This document shows, piece by piece, positions 37,245-48,276 of a DNA stretch of 64,000 nucleotides. The position numbers and the translations under genes were made by a program. Origin of the DNA: an uncultured Chroococcidiopsis sp. (lineage in GTDB: Bacteria; Cyanobacteriota; Cyanobacteriia; Cyanobacteriales; Chroococcidiopsidaceae); NCBI GenBank assembly GCA_964248365.1, contig CAXTYC010000013.1:1-64000 (forward strand), read 5' to 3'. The notes under the pieces were generated by a model. It searched no databases, was not told where the DNA came from, and was given only the letters and a program-made list of their open reading frames with translations. Numbering within the stretch: position 1 is the stretch's first letter; each line of letters opens with the position of its first letter.

Positions 37245-39926
37245 TTATCCTTTAGAAGACTTAGCTTCTAGAGTTTCAAGGCGGCTTTTGAGTTCTTGGT
37301 TGACTTTTTTGACTTGCTCAAGTTCTTCCCGTAGCTGCTTGACAGAAGAGTCAGAACCTGCATTTTTTTGCACCCGTTGGACGGCTTCTTCTGCCATCCG
37401 CCGGACTCGACCATCTGGCGTTTGATCGGCTAAAGCTTGCAGAATGCCGATCGCCTTGGGGGTTTCCATTTGCCCCAGTGCTACAACTACCGACACTTGC
37501 GTGAGGAAGAAAGTTTCCCCAGATAGTTCTGTTAAGCGCTCCAAAATCCGTTCTAGATTAATCGAAGTTTGACCAGTAGAAATTGCTCCCAGCGCCCGAA
37601 TTGCTGCTAAACGCAGGGCTTGAGATATACCTAATCGAGTGTATTCCAGAATCAGATCGAGTGCGGCGGGAGAGGTTTTTAGCTGACTCAAGCCAGCGAT
37701 CGCACCTGAACGCACTACCTCATTCCAGCCTTCCCTTTGCTCTAGCACAGATTTGAGTAAATTCAATATTTCTTGCTCAGTGGCTATATCATTCAGGTTT
37801 ACGGCTGCAATTGAGCCAATTGCTCTAGCAGCAGCAGCCTCAACGTAGTAGCTAGGATCGCCATTTTCTACAATTGGTTTAAGCGCCTGATAACTCTTGT
37901 GCGTCTTAATGCTGGCAATTCCTTCTACGACAGCACGGCGCACCAAGGCATTTTCATCTTGCAAGCTGGTAACTAATTCATCAAATGCCTGATCGAGTTT
38001 AATTTCTGCCAGTTGTTTAGCCACTTCTACACGGACACCCCAAAAGCGATCGCTTTGTAATGCCGTTGAAAGAGCTTTCACCGCCTCCAATCCGCCTTTT
38101 TTCGCCAAAGCTTCAGCAGCATAAATTCGGGAAATCGGATCAGGATCAAATTGTAATTGCGCTTTTAGTTCGGGTAGTGGGTATTCCAAAAAGACAGTTT
38201 TCAAGATGTTATTACCAGCATCAAAGCTAATAAATAGGGGTTTTTCCTCCAGTGGGAAGTAAAAGCTTTGCTGTGCCTCATTTACCCGCACCGTAAAAAT
38301 TTTGGATTTTGGATTTTTGATTTTAGATTGGTTTTTCTCCTCTGCTCTTTGCGCTCCCTGCTCCTGACTCCTGACTCCTGACTCCTGACTTGTGTCTCCT
38401 GACTCCTGCGTATATCCAAAAGCTATGGGAATCTTCAGGTCAAACAATTCGCTGGATAAGCCGTTTTTACCTTCTTGCGCTCCGGTTTGAGTAATTGTCA
38501 CCTTGGCAAGCTTGCTATCTCCATCCCAAGAGTAAGCTACTTTGAAATCGGGATGACCACCACGATAAACGTACTGGTCAAATAAAAATAGCATATTACG
38601 CCCAGTCGCTTTTTCAATTGCTCTGAGTAAGTCTACAGTTTCTACTGTTTTATGGGCATTATCCTGTACAAAGGTGTGTATCGCTTGCCAGAATAAATCT
38701 TCTCCCAACTCGGCGCGGATCATGTGGTAAACACAAGCGCCTTTTTCATAGAGGTGGCGATCGTACAATTCGATCGCTTCCCGATAAACGTGGGTAACAA
38801 TTGGACGACGATAACGGCTGCTATCTTCAGCTAAATAGTTACGGGCTTCTAGTAAGCGGTAGTAGGCGGCATCTTCTGCACCATACTCAGATTCTGTCCA
38901 CATCACTTCGGAGTAAGAAGCCATGCCTTCTTTAATCCAAGCATGAGACCAATGCTTGATCACAACTAAATCGCCAAACCATTGATGGGCTAATTCGTGC
39001 GCCACCAGGCTTTCTGTGTTGCGGTTATCTAGTGCTGCGCGTTCATCGAGTAAACACCGATCTGTAAGCAGCGTAGTGGAGGTGTTTTCCATTCCTCCAA
39101 AGATGAAATCATCGACGCAAACTTGAGCATATTTAGGAAAAGCGTACTCATAACCGTACTTTTCGCTAAAAAATTCGATCATGCGGGGAGTTTTGCCCAT
39201 GCTGCGCCGCGCATCTTCTTCTCTGCCTTTTTCGACGTAATATGTTACTGGTTTACCATGCCATTCGTCTTGAATTTCGGCAAAGTCTCCCACAGCCAAT
39301 GTCATTAAGTAGGAGGGATGGATTTGTTTTTGATACCAGTGGAAAATTTTGTAGTCGCCGTCTTCGTCGGTGTGGATTAGTTCTCCGTTGGAGATGGCGA
39401 TAAAGGGTTTGGGAACTCTGACGCGAATTTCGGAAGTAGCTAGTTGTCCAGGGTAGTCGAAGCAAGGAAACCAGAAGCGGGAATCTTCGTCTTCTCCCTG
39501 TGTCCAAACTTGGGTTGGTTTGTTGGGGTAGTGTTCGGTGGGGGAAATAAAGTAGATGCCGCGTTGGGGTTTTTCTACACTGTAGGCGATCGCTATTGTA
39601 ATTGAATTGCCGATTTGGGTGGGCGATGAAAGTTCAATTTGCAGCAAAGATCCGTCGTAGTCGAAGGTTTGCGGCGTGTTGTCAACTTGTACGGATTGAA
39701 TATTCAGGTTTACGGCATCCAATGTCAAGCGATCGATGTAGTTGCGGATCGGTTTGAGTTTTATGGTACAAGTGCCGTTGTAGCTCTTGTTGGGAATATC
39801 TAGGTTCAGATCTAAGAATATATGTTCTACTTGTCCAGGGCGATCGGGGTTGTAGTGGGGTGTTGCTCCTGGTAGTTCAAAGGATTTATGGCGGTTATTT
39901 TCGGTATCAAAATAATTGTGCGACAT
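37245..39926 (-). CDS. pepN: M1 aminopeptidase with C-terminal HEAT repeats
   Basis: GGMEN, HELAHQWFGD...E, YEKG; HEAT-like helical repeats. Confidence 0.92.
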   Translation of the reverse strand: MSHNYFDTENNRHKSFELPGATPHYNPDRPGQVEHIFLDLNLDIPNKSYNGTCTIKLKPIRNYIDRLTLDAVNLNIQSVQVDNTPQTFDYDGSLLQIELSSPTQIGNSITIAIAYSVEKPQRGIYFISPTEHYPNKPTQVWTQGEDEDSRFWFPCFDYPGQLATSEIRVRVPKPFIAISNGELIHTDEDGDYKIFHWYQKQIHPSYLMTLAVGDFAEIQDEWHGKPVTYYVEKGREEDARRSMGKTPRMIEFFSEKYGYEYAFPKYAQVCVDDFIFGGMENTSTTLLTDRCLLDERAALDNRNTESLVAHELAHQWFGDLVVIKHWSHAWIKEGMASYSEVMWTESEYGAEDAAYYRLLEARNYLAEDSSRYRRPIVTHVYREAIELYDRHLYEKGACVYHMIRAELGEDLFWQAIHTFVQDNAHKTVETVDLLRAIEKATGRNMLFLFDQYVYRGGHPDFKVAYSWDGDSKLAKVTITQTGAQEGKNGLSSELFDLKIPIAFGYTQESGDTSQESGVRSQEQGAQRAEEKNQSKIKNPKSKIFTVRVNEAQQSFYFPLEEKPLFISFDAGNNILKTVFLEYPLPELKAQLQFDPDPISRIYAAEALAKKGGLEAVKALSTALQSDRFWGVRVEVAKQLAEIKLDQAFDELVTSLQDENALVRRAVVEGIASIKTHKSYQALKPIVENGDPSYYVEAAAARAIGSIAAVNLNDIATEQEILNLLKSVLEQREGWNEVVRSGAIAGLSQLKTSPAALDLILEYTRLGISQALRLAAIRALGAISTGQTSINLERILERLTELSGETFFLTQVSVVVALGQMETPKAIGILQALADQTPDGRVRRMAEEAVQRVQKNAGSDSSVKQLREELEQVKKVNQELKSRLETLEAKSSKG

Positions 39927-40247
39927 GGATCAGAGGGATGTGGTATTTTTTCCAGGTTAGCGTTTTGGGGCGTTATTGGGTTTTTTAACGAACCGCTAAG
40001 ACGCAAAGGACACGAAGGGAAGAATGGAGAGAATGTAGGGTGTGTTATTAATGCACCTTACTGTTGTGTAGGTTTTGAAGTTAAAAATAGTTGCAATTTG
40101 CGTATTTTTGGTTGGTGAATTTAATGTGTTGTATGAATGCTGATTGCCCAGTTAGTAGAGTTAAGTAATAAATCCGAATTTTCTCCTATGAAGTTTTTAA
40201 AATTATTTACAACAATTTGATAATAGGCTATTACAAGGAAAATTAAA

Positions 40248-41891
40248 ATGCCTGTAAATAAAAAATTTTTTATTCCTGCTGTTGGTGTTGCTGGAATTGT
40301 AGCAGGAGGTTTGGCTGCATATCTATATTTAAAGGGGACTTTTAGTGATGCGGCGAGTGCGTTGGCTAGTGCAAAACTTGTGCCGGATGAAGCTTTGATG
40401 GCAACTTTTATCTCGATTGATCAAAAGCCTTGGCGAGGGTTGCAGCAGTTCGGTACAGGTGAAGCTCAAAAGTTGATCGAAAAAGGTTTTGAGGATTTTA
40501 ATCAGTATTTGTTGACCCAATATCATATTGATTATGAAAAAGATTTGGGCTGGGTTGGTAGTGTGATGATTGCTGTTTTGCCAACAAGTCCAGTTAAGTC
40601 GGAAGGGGCAAAGGTGCAATCGAAAGAACCTCGTTTGTTGATGGTTGTGGGGATTAAGGATAAGCTCAGTGCCTGGAATTTTGCTAATAAGTTAAAGTCT
40701 GACGAAGGATTAACAAATCAGGAATTTGACTATAAGGGGCTTCCGATTATAGAAATTAGGAACAAGAGTCAATTAATCTATGGTGCTGTGTTAAACGATC
40801 GCTTAGTCTTAGCTTTTGAAAGGCAAGCGGTAGAAGAGGCAATTGATACTTTTAAAGGAGAAGTTTCGTTTGCTAGTAAAAATGGTATAGATAGTGTTCT
40901 TGCCAAGCAAGTGGATCTGAAAAACTCTATTGCTCAAATTTATATTCCTGACTATGCAGGTACGGTACAGGAGTTGATAGCAAGTAGTGCTAATGCAGCG
41001 CAATTACCTAGGGAAGCTCTGGCGCAGTTGCAGCAGGTGAAGTCGATAGTAGCAGGGGTTGGAATTGATCAGGTGGGGATACGGATGAAGGCGATCGCTC
41101 TTTTAAATCCCAATGGAATCGAGCTAAATTATCAACCTTCTCCTGGTAAAATAGTAGATAAATTTCCTGCTGATACAATTGCTTTAGTTTCTGGAAATGG
41201 TATCAGTCGTCAATGGTCAACGTTTGTAGACCAGACAAAAACTATTTCTGAAGTTAATTTAGCTCTTGGTTCTGCTAGGCAGTATCTCAAAACCTTTAAT
41301 CTTGATTTAGATCGAGATATCTTTGGTTGGATGGATGGGGAATTTGCCCTTGCTGCAATTCCTTCTAATCAAGGTTTTTTAGCTACGCTGGGGTTTGGGG
41401 GTGCGTTAGTATTTGATACCCACGATCGCCCAGCGGCTGAAGCTACTCTGAATAAGCTCGATGCGATCGCTAAAAATTACTTTGTTACGGTAGCTTCTAG
41501 AGATGTTGGCGGTAAGACTATAACCGAATGGCAAGTACCGTTCGGAGGTGCTTTTTTGGGGCATGGTTGGTTAGATAATGATACCGTCTTTGTGGCTGTG
41601 GATGGTTCGATAGCGTGGGCGATCGCCACTTCTCCCACTCATCTCAACACTAGCGACACTTTCAAAGCTGTGACTAATTCTTTACAGCAGCCAAATGGGG
41701 GTTACTTCTACCTGGATATGGATAAAACTATGTCCTTGGTTACTCGTTTTCCAACCCAAGCTCAAGTAATACCACCCGAAGTTAGTGCTATTGTCAATTC
41801 AATTCGCGGCATTGCCATGAGTGCTAGTAGCCCTAATAAATCTACCAGTCAAGTTGAGTTATTACTAGCACTCAAGCCACGCAAAAGTTAA
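40248..41891 (+). CDS. DUF3352-like membrane-anchored protein
   Basis: N-terminal TM, A.LVP..ALM, DIFGWMDGEFAL, GYFYLDM. Confidence 0.75.
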   Translation: MPVNKKFFIPAVGVAGIVAGGLAAYLYLKGTFSDAASALASAKLVPDEALMATFISIDQKPWRGLQQFGTGEAQKLIEKGFEDFNQYLLTQYHIDYEKDLGWVGSVMIAVLPTSPVKSEGAKVQSKEPRLLMVVGIKDKLSAWNFANKLKSDEGLTNQEFDYKGLPIIEIRNKSQLIYGAVLNDRLVLAFERQAVEEAIDTFKGEVSFASKNGIDSVLAKQVDLKNSIAQIYIPDYAGTVQELIASSANAAQLPREALAQLQQVKSIVAGVGIDQVGIRMKAIALLNPNGIELNYQPSPGKIVDKFPADTIALVSGNGISRQWSTFVDQTKTISEVNLALGSARQYLKTFNLDLDRDIFGWMDGEFALAAIPSNQGFLATLGFGGALVFDTHDRPAAEATLNKLDAIAKNYFVTVASRDVGGKTITEWQVPFGGAFLGHGWLDNDTVFVAVDGSIAWAIATSPTHLNTSDTFKAVTNSLQQPNGGYFYLDMDKTMSLVTRFPTQAQVIPPEVSAIVNSIRGIAMSASSPNKSTSQVELLLALKPRKS

Positions 41892-42139
41892 TTTATTTTT
41901 TCTTCTTTATTGTTCCCCATCTGCATCCTATAGCGATTTTCCAGCAACAATTTTCTTGTGGTGTAAATGACACCACCTAAAACTAAAAGCTGGATCTGCC
42001 AGGGTGCTAAAACTAGACTGAAAATCAAGCTGATAAGTGCAACTATACCTGACAGATATGCCATCTCATCGGCAGATTTTTGAAAGATATAGCCAGATAC
42101 TAAACCAGTTGCTAGGGGAATGAGAAAAAATAAATGCAT
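41888..42139 (-). CDS. small hypothetical membrane protein
   Basis: MHLFFLIP...SLVLAPWQIQLL; ATG 42139 preferred as start. Confidence 0.65.
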   Translation of the reverse strand: MHLFFLIPLATGLVSGYIFQKSADEMAYLSGIVALISLIFSLVLAPWQIQLLVLGGVIYTTRKLLLENRYRMQMGNNKEEKIN

Positions 42140-42313
42140 ATCAACACACCATGAACTACAACAAGTTTTGTTAGTATCTAAACTCTTCATTACCAGTTTG
42201 AGCTTGGTAACAAGAAGGAGGAACTAGAACGAAAATATGAGGTATTCATCTGTGGCTTCACATTTTAAAGATTGTTTATCAAAAATCAAAATTTTTAATT
42301 TTCTATCATCCTT

Positions 42314-45300
42314 CTACTTTTTCTTATAACGCTTGTAGCCAAAAGTTTTGTTAAATTTGATACGTAATCGCTTGAATAAAGGTTTTGTCCAATCCCAGCT
42401 AATATCGTGCAGCATGATATAGAAGCAGGGAATCAGAAATAAAGTCAAGAGGGTAGCGATCGCCATTCCTGAAAAAACTACAATTCCTAAAGGTTGCAGA
42501 AATTCTGAACCTTCCCCGATTCCCAATGCCAAGGGAAATAAACCTAAAATCGTAGTAACCGTAGTCATCATAATCGGTCGTAGGCGTTGAGGGGCGGCTT
42601 TGAGAATGGCTATGTTGCGATCGCATCCTTCCTCTTCCCGAATTTGATTTGCCAGTTCTACCATTAAAATCGCCGCGTTTACCACAATTCCCACTAACAG
42701 GACAGCACCAACTATTACAGTTGCGCCAATTGCAGTCTTAGTAATGTAAAGCCCTAAAATCCCCCCAGCTAGTGCCAGCGGGAGGGTTAACATAATCACT
42801 AGTGGATCGACCAGTGAGTTATACTGCACTGCCAAGACGACAAAAACTAAGAATGCAGCCAACCCACCCAGAATTTTGAGAGAGTCTTGCAGTTGTTGAT
42901 TAGTTTGCGCCGCCGAACTAGGTAACACACCTATGCCTTCAGGTAGTTGCAAATTTTGCAGTACTGTATTTGCTTCTTTGAGCGCTTCACCTAAACTTGC
43001 GCCTTCTGCTAAAGTTCCAGCAATGATAAAAACCTGACGTTGGTTAATTCGTTGAATTTCACCAGGCGCTTGACCTTCTTCAATTTTGGCAACATCCGCT
43101 AGGCGAATTTGACGGTTGCCATTGACAAACAAGGGTAATCGTGCTAGCTGGGAAGGTCGTTTAATTGCTTCTTCATTTAATTGCACTCGGACATCTACCA
43201 AGCGTTCGCCTCTTTGCAACTGTGTTGGTACTGAACCTTCAATCGCCGTCGCAATTGTGTCACCGATTTCTTGTGCTGTCAATCCTAGCTGTGCAGCTCT
43301 TTCCCAGTCAGGACGAATCTGTACTTCTGGTTGACGAGGCGTAGCTTCAGGGCGGAAATTGGCTAATTTTGCCTGTTGTTCTAGAGCTTGCAGCACTTGC
43401 TGCCCTGCCCAGTTGAGCTTCTGCTGATCTTCTCCTTGAAGAATAACATCAACGTCTGCACCCCTAACTGGTGAATTGTTTAAAATTAAACCGCGCACTT
43501 CCCCAGGTCTTAAGCGTAAGATAGTTCCTACCAAGTTGAGTTTGTGGAATTCCTGACTAACCTTTTCTACATAAGCTTCAACATCACTATTAGGCTTGAG
43601 GGTAATTGTGCTACTAGCTCGTAAGGGATTTTCACTTGTATTATTACCGAAGAGAAAACCACCTACAGTCGAGAAAACATAATCTGTCTCTGGCTGCTTG
43701 ATTAAAATGTCATCAACAGCACTCATGATTGCGCGGCTATGTTCTAAAGGAGTACCAGGAGGAAACTGGGCAAAAAGGCTAGCTTGTCCTGTGCTGATAC
43801 GAGGAAGAATCTCTTGGGGAATTTGACCTGCCATAAATAGGCTACCACCGCCCAAGACAATAAAAGTTAGCAATACTACCAGCAAGCGATGACGCACAAC
43901 TTTAGCCAAAAAGCTGCTATATCCCCTTGTAGCAGCTTCAAATCGGCGATTGAATTGTTTTAGCAGCCAAAATTCACTAACGCGACTAGACCAACGAATA
44001 GCAATGAGTCGAGAAGTGAGCATCGGCACTATAGTAATAGCAACAAGAAGACTGGCTGCTACTGAAAAGCTAATTGTGAGAATAAGTTCATTAAATAACA
44101 GTGCAATCAAACCACCAATTAACAAAAATGGCAGCACAGAGACTAAGTTAGCACCAGTGGCAGCAATCAAAGCTGATTCTACCTCTTGGGAAGAGGCGAT
44201 CGCACTGTCTATCATCTGTTCTTTGGTAGTTGGTAATTGGTAATTGGTAGGGGCAGGTTTAAACAAGTTTTCTGGAGGTTCACAAGTATGTTTGATAAAC
44301 CCGCCCGTACCTGTGTTGGTAATTCTCCCCTCTGCCCCTTGCGCCCCTTGCCCCTCTGCCCTCTTCACCCCTGCACGTTCACTAATATTCTCCAAAATCA
44401 CAACTGATGTATCAATTGCTTGACCGATGCCTACAGCTAGACCTGCCAAACTAAATATATTTAAAGTAAGACCAAACAGCTTCATCAAAATGATGGCAGC
44501 TAAAGCACAAAGAGGAATTGCGAGGGAAATAATTAGTGTTTGCCGCACTGAACCCAAAAATAACAGCACAGCTGCCGCTGCCAGCAAAGCCCCAAAAATT
44601 GCAGAATTAGTTACATCTGCTAGAGAATTGCGAATAAATATAGACTCATCTAAGGTAGGAGTCAGAACCATGTCTTTTGGAATTAAGCCACTTCGTCGTA
44701 GTTCTTCAATCCGCTGTTTGACTCCATCTACAATTGCGATCGTATTAGCATCTGGTTGCTTCTGAACGCTGATTTTGACCGCAGGCGTTTTATTCAACAA
44801 AGCAAAGAGTCTTTGTGTTTCTGTACCATCAATTACAGAGGCAAAGTCTCGCAGGTAGACACGTCTTGGGGCTAGAGATTGGGGGCTAGGGGCAAGGGTT
44901 GGGGAAGATACTTCAAAGGAGAGGTTTTTGATTTCGTTAGCATTTTGAAACCGCCCTATGGTACGAGTCAGGGGTTCAGAATTTTCCCCCAAGATGCGAC
45001 CGCCGGAAATTTCTCGGTTACGTGCTTTGAGTTCGTCGAGTACGTTGGTCAAACCTACACCCACCGCTTGCAGGCGATCTAAGTCTATGTTTACCCGTAC
45101 CTCTTCTTCAACACCGCCAGATACATCTACTGCTGCTACCCCTGGCACTACACTAAGTTCACGCCCTAGTTCTTCATCAGCAAACACGCGCAGTTCTACA
45201 GGTTTTAGTGCGGGTGAGGTTAAGCCAAATTCGTAGACTGGTAACTGTGAAGGGTCAACTTTGAATAATCGTGGTTCTTCAATTGCCAATGTATCCGGTA

Positions 45301-45682
45301 ATTGTCCCCGACCTCGGTTAAAGGCAGCAGTGGCATCGTTCAAGGCTTGGTCAACATCGCCACCTGGTTTAAAGAATAAATCGATACTTACTTGTCCTTC
45401 ACGGGTTTGAGAATAAACTTGAACTACGCCCTCGGTTGTAGCTAAGGCTTCTTCTAGAGGTCTTGTAACCTCGTCTACGGCTACTTCTGGTGAAATTCCA
45501 GGCACATTCAGCCGGACACCAACGCGGGGATAGGTAATTGACGGCAGGAGATCGACTGGTAGGGTGGTAATGAAAAATACTCCCAGCACAATTACTGTTA
45601 ACGTCAGCATGAGTGTACCAATGTGCCGTCGAATAGCGATCGCACTGATACTAAATCCTGGTGCGTTTTTTGCCTCCTGCAT
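42314..45682 (-). CDS. RND efflux permease (AcrB/CzcA family)
   Basis: LPVDLLPSITYP, LAIPL, GIVVNAAIL, RLRPIMMT, PLGIVVFSG. Confidence 0.95.
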   Translation of the reverse strand: MQEAKNAPGFSISAIAIRRHIGTLMLTLTVIVLGVFFITTLPVDLLPSITYPRVGVRLNVPGISPEVAVDEVTRPLEEALATTEGVVQVYSQTREGQVSIDLFFKPGGDVDQALNDATAAFNRGRGQLPDTLAIEEPRLFKVDPSQLPVYEFGLTSPALKPVELRVFADEELGRELSVVPGVAAVDVSGGVEEEVRVNIDLDRLQAVGVGLTNVLDELKARNREISGGRILGENSEPLTRTIGRFQNANEIKNLSFEVSSPTLAPSPQSLAPRRVYLRDFASVIDGTETQRLFALLNKTPAVKISVQKQPDANTIAIVDGVKQRIEELRRSGLIPKDMVLTPTLDESIFIRNSLADVTNSAIFGALLAAAAVLLFLGSVRQTLIISLAIPLCALAAIILMKLFGLTLNIFSLAGLAVGIGQAIDTSVVILENISERAGVKRAEGQGAQGAEGRITNTGTGGFIKHTCEPPENLFKPAPTNYQLPTTKEQMIDSAIASSQEVESALIAATGANLVSVLPFLLIGGLIALLFNELILTISFSVAASLLVAITIVPMLTSRLIAIRWSSRVSEFWLLKQFNRRFEAATRGYSSFLAKVVRHRLLVVLLTFIVLGGGSLFMAGQIPQEILPRISTGQASLFAQFPPGTPLEHSRAIMSAVDDILIKQPETDYVFSTVGGFLFGNNTSENPLRASSTITLKPNSDVEAYVEKVSQEFHKLNLVGTILRLRPGEVRGLILNNSPVRGADVDVILQGEDQQKLNWAGQQVLQALEQQAKLANFRPEATPRQPEVQIRPDWERAAQLGLTAQEIGDTIATAIEGSVPTQLQRGERLVDVRVQLNEEAIKRPSQLARLPLFVNGNRQIRLADVAKIEEGQAPGEIQRINQRQVFIIAGTLAEGASLGEALKEANTVLQNLQLPEGIGVLPSSAAQTNQQLQDSLKILGGLAAFLVFVVLAVQYNSLVDPLVIMLTLPLALAGGILGLYITKTAIGATVIVGAVLLVGIVVNAAILMVELANQIREEEGCDRNIAILKAAPQRLRPIMMTTVTTILGLFPLALGIGEGSEFLQPLGIVVFSGMAIATLLTLFLIPCFYIMLHDISWDWTKPLFKRLRIKFNKTFGYKRYKKK
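44247..44310. repeat. 64-bp GTAG...GTAC REP-like hairpin inserted in frame in the RND gene
   Basis: GTAGGGGCAGGTTT...AAACCCGCCCGTAC; near-identical copy at 56598-56662. Confidence 0.85.
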
Positions 45683-47133
45683 TACTGCTGTCTCCCTTGC
45701 TGTGCCGTTTCTGAGAGAATTGACAAACGTACACTCTCACCATCTTTCAAAGGTTTGCCACTTCTAGCCACAAAGCGATCGCCCCTTTTCAAACCCGATA
45801 AAATTTCTACTTGACCATCTGCCCGTTCTCCCAGTTTCACTTTCCTAGCTGCTACTGTCGCTTGACTTCCCCCTTCTCCCCCACTCACCACAAAAATTGT
45901 CCCAACGGAATTTTGGATTGAATTTTCTCCCCCAGCTCCCCCAGCTTTCTTATCCCCCTGCTCCAAAACAGCAATCTCTGGCACTACCACCGATTGATTT
46001 GCTCCACTATCAAAGCTCACTCGTGCTAGCAGTCCACTACCAATCCTTCCGTTACTGTTGGGAATAATTACCTCTATTGGCACTAGACGTGCTGTTTGAT
46101 CGGCTGCGGGGGAAATGCGACTAACTTGTCCGTTGAATGTCTGTGAGGGAAAGGCATCTAAGCGAACTGTGACTGATTGCCCGATTTGAATTTTTGCTAG
46201 TTGCAATTCTGAAACTTCAACGTTTACTTGCACACGTCCAAAGTCTCCAATTTTGAGAACTTCACTATTGGGCTGTACGAGATTACCCTCTTCTGTCAAG
46301 CGTTGCGTAACGGTGCCAGTGGTGGGAGATGTTAGTCTGGCATAAGATAGTTGCTCCCGTGCTTGGGCAACTACTGCTTGTTGGGCTTTGACTTGATTTT
46401 GAGCTGCGGTAACAGCTTGTTGTTCTGTACGAACTTGTTCAGAGGCGGCACGTAGGACTTGGGCAGCGGTTCGCGCCTGTGTACGTGCTTGTTCTGCTTG
46501 TTGGATGGCGATCGCTCCTTCTCTTACAAGTCTTTGCTGTCGTTGTGAATCTGACTGTGCTTGCTGTAATTCCAGTCTTGCTTGTTCCACAGAGGCTTTG
46601 GCATTGCTTACCTGATTCTGCGCCCGTGCTACTTGTGCTTTCAAACTTGCTAGTTGTGCCTGGGAAGAGTTTAAGGCAGCCTGCAGTAAGGTATCATCTA
46701 GCTGTGCCAAAATTTGACCTTGTTTAACTGCATCCCCAACATCAACATTCAGTTTTAGCACTCGCCCCCCTACTTGCGATCGCAGCGTTACTTCTTGCAC
46801 TGGGGCGGTTGTGCCTGTATATTCTGGCTCAGATCCCACATTCCCAGTTCGCGCGATCGCCACATCTACTGGTGTTACTTTCTGACTTTTTGCCGCTTTC
46901 TGTTGTGATTGGGCATCCGCTGCTTCCTTGGGTAAGTTACCGCATCCTGCGAGCGCTATTGCACCAAATAGCAACGTTGTCAATATATAAGTGCGAAAAT
47001 ACTGCTGTTTGAGTCTTGCTACAAGCCACCAGCCCTTGACGTGAATATTTGAAGCGGCGGGAGTGGCAGTTGCTGGTTCAGTTAACCTATCCAATATCAT
47101 TAGAAGTAACAAGTGAGAGAAACAAGAGGACAA
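45682..47133 (-). CDS. RND periplasmic adaptor (membrane fusion protein), lipoprotein
   Basis: LAGC lipobox, lipoyl halves (VGD.VKQGQ.LA.LD, L.SP..G.V), coiled hairpin; true start probably downstream of 47133. Confidence 0.92.
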   Translation of the reverse strand: MSSCFSHLLLLMILDRLTEPATATPAASNIHVKGWWLVARLKQQYFRTYILTTLLFGAIALAGCGNLPKEAADAQSQQKAAKSQKVTPVDVAIARTGNVGSEPEYTGTTAPVQEVTLRSQVGGRVLKLNVDVGDAVKQGQILAQLDDTLLQAALNSSQAQLASLKAQVARAQNQVSNAKASVEQARLELQQAQSDSQRQQRLVREGAIAIQQAEQARTQARTAAQVLRAASEQVRTEQQAVTAAQNQVKAQQAVVAQAREQLSYARLTSPTTGTVTQRLTEEGNLVQPNSEVLKIGDFGRVQVNVEVSELQLAKIQIGQSVTVRLDAFPSQTFNGQVSRISPAADQTARLVPIEVIIPNSNGRIGSGLLARVSFDSGANQSVVVPEIAVLEQGDKKAGGAGGENSIQNSVGTIFVVSGGEGGSQATVAARKVKLGERADGQVEILSGLKRGDRFVARSGKPLKDGESVRLSILSETAQQGRQQ

Positions 47134-47577
47134 AAGAGACTATAGGGATTAATTACGTATTTTTTTACTACGGACATGAAATAAAATTGCGCCCCTCGGC
47201 AGATAATTGGGTAAATTTAGCTAAATCTTAAATAATCTTAACTATCTGGGTGTTTATTAAGTTATTTAAAGCTTACTCATTTTTAAATTATCTCTGCTAC
47301 AAGTTGTGAAATTAGAAAGGCTTTCTGCTCGATATACATAGTTTGAAAGACAAATGTGACAAAAAAGTGTCAGTCCTACACTTTTCCTCGAGGGTACACC
47401 GGATACCTACAAAGTAGACTTATTCAATACGGGGAGACGAAAAAATATTTTTTAATAATTTGTAATAAAATAAAATATTTAGTAGTCACAATAGGGGCTT
47501 GCGGCAGACAAGAGTGCGATCAGGCGCGCCGCTGCTATCTCCGGTAACAAACAGTGGAACTAGCAAAGGAAGCAGCA

Positions 47578-47874
47578 ATGGCTAACATTAAATTTGTCAA
47601 AGAAGATCGGGAAGTTGTCGCAGCGGATGGAGCGAATCTGAGAATCAAAGCGATGGAAAATGGCCTAGACATCTATAGATTCTACGGCAAGATGATGAAC
47701 TGCGGAGGTTATGGTCAATGTGGAACCTGCATTGTCGAGATTACCGAAGGAATAGAAAATCTTTCACCCCGTACATCGGTAGAAGACCGGAAACTTAAGA
47801 AAAAGCCTGCCTCTTATCGGCTAGCGTGTCAAGTATTAGTTAATGGACCAATCAGCGTAGTGACAAAACCTTGA
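47578..47874 (+). CDS. 2Fe-2S ferredoxin
   Basis: [10 protein letters not shown]...RLACQ; ATG 47578 after AAGGA. Confidence 0.9.
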   Translation: MANIKFVKEDREVVAADGANLRIKAMENGLDIYRFYGKMMNCGGYGQCGTCIVEITEGIENLSPRTSVEDRKLKKKPASYRLACQVLVNGPISVVTKP

Positions 47875-48108
47875 AATAGGGGCGAGGAGCTAGAACAAAG
47901 GTTGAAGGATGAAGTATGAAGTATGAAGTGTGAAATTTCAACCTTTAACCTCTACCGCAATACCTCTTTAACCTTTACCCTTTACCCTTTACCCTTTTCC
48001 CTTTCCCCTACTCCCTACTCCCTACTCCCTACTCCCTACTCCCTATTTAAAGCACATTGATGATATTCTAGAAATGTCTACTCCAAGTCCGAGAGAGGCT
48101 GTTGTTCG

Positions 48109-48222
48109 ATGCAAGTTAATGATTTAGGATTCGTTGCGAGCATTCTGTTCGTACTCGTTCCATCTGTGTTTTTGATTATCCTTTACATTCAAACAGCTAG
48201 CCGCGAAGGTAAAAAGGATTAA
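48109..48222 (+). CDS. psbM: photosystem II protein M (not in ORF track)
   Basis: hand translation [37 protein letters not shown]. Confidence 0.96.
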
Positions 48223-48243
48223 TAATAGCTTGTTTAAAACAAG

Positions 48244-48276
48244 AAACCTCTGTACTACATAGCACAGAGGTTTTTT
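48244..48276 (+). terminator. intrinsic terminator after psbM
   Basis: AAACCTCTGT...ACAGAGGTTTTTT. Confidence 0.8.
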
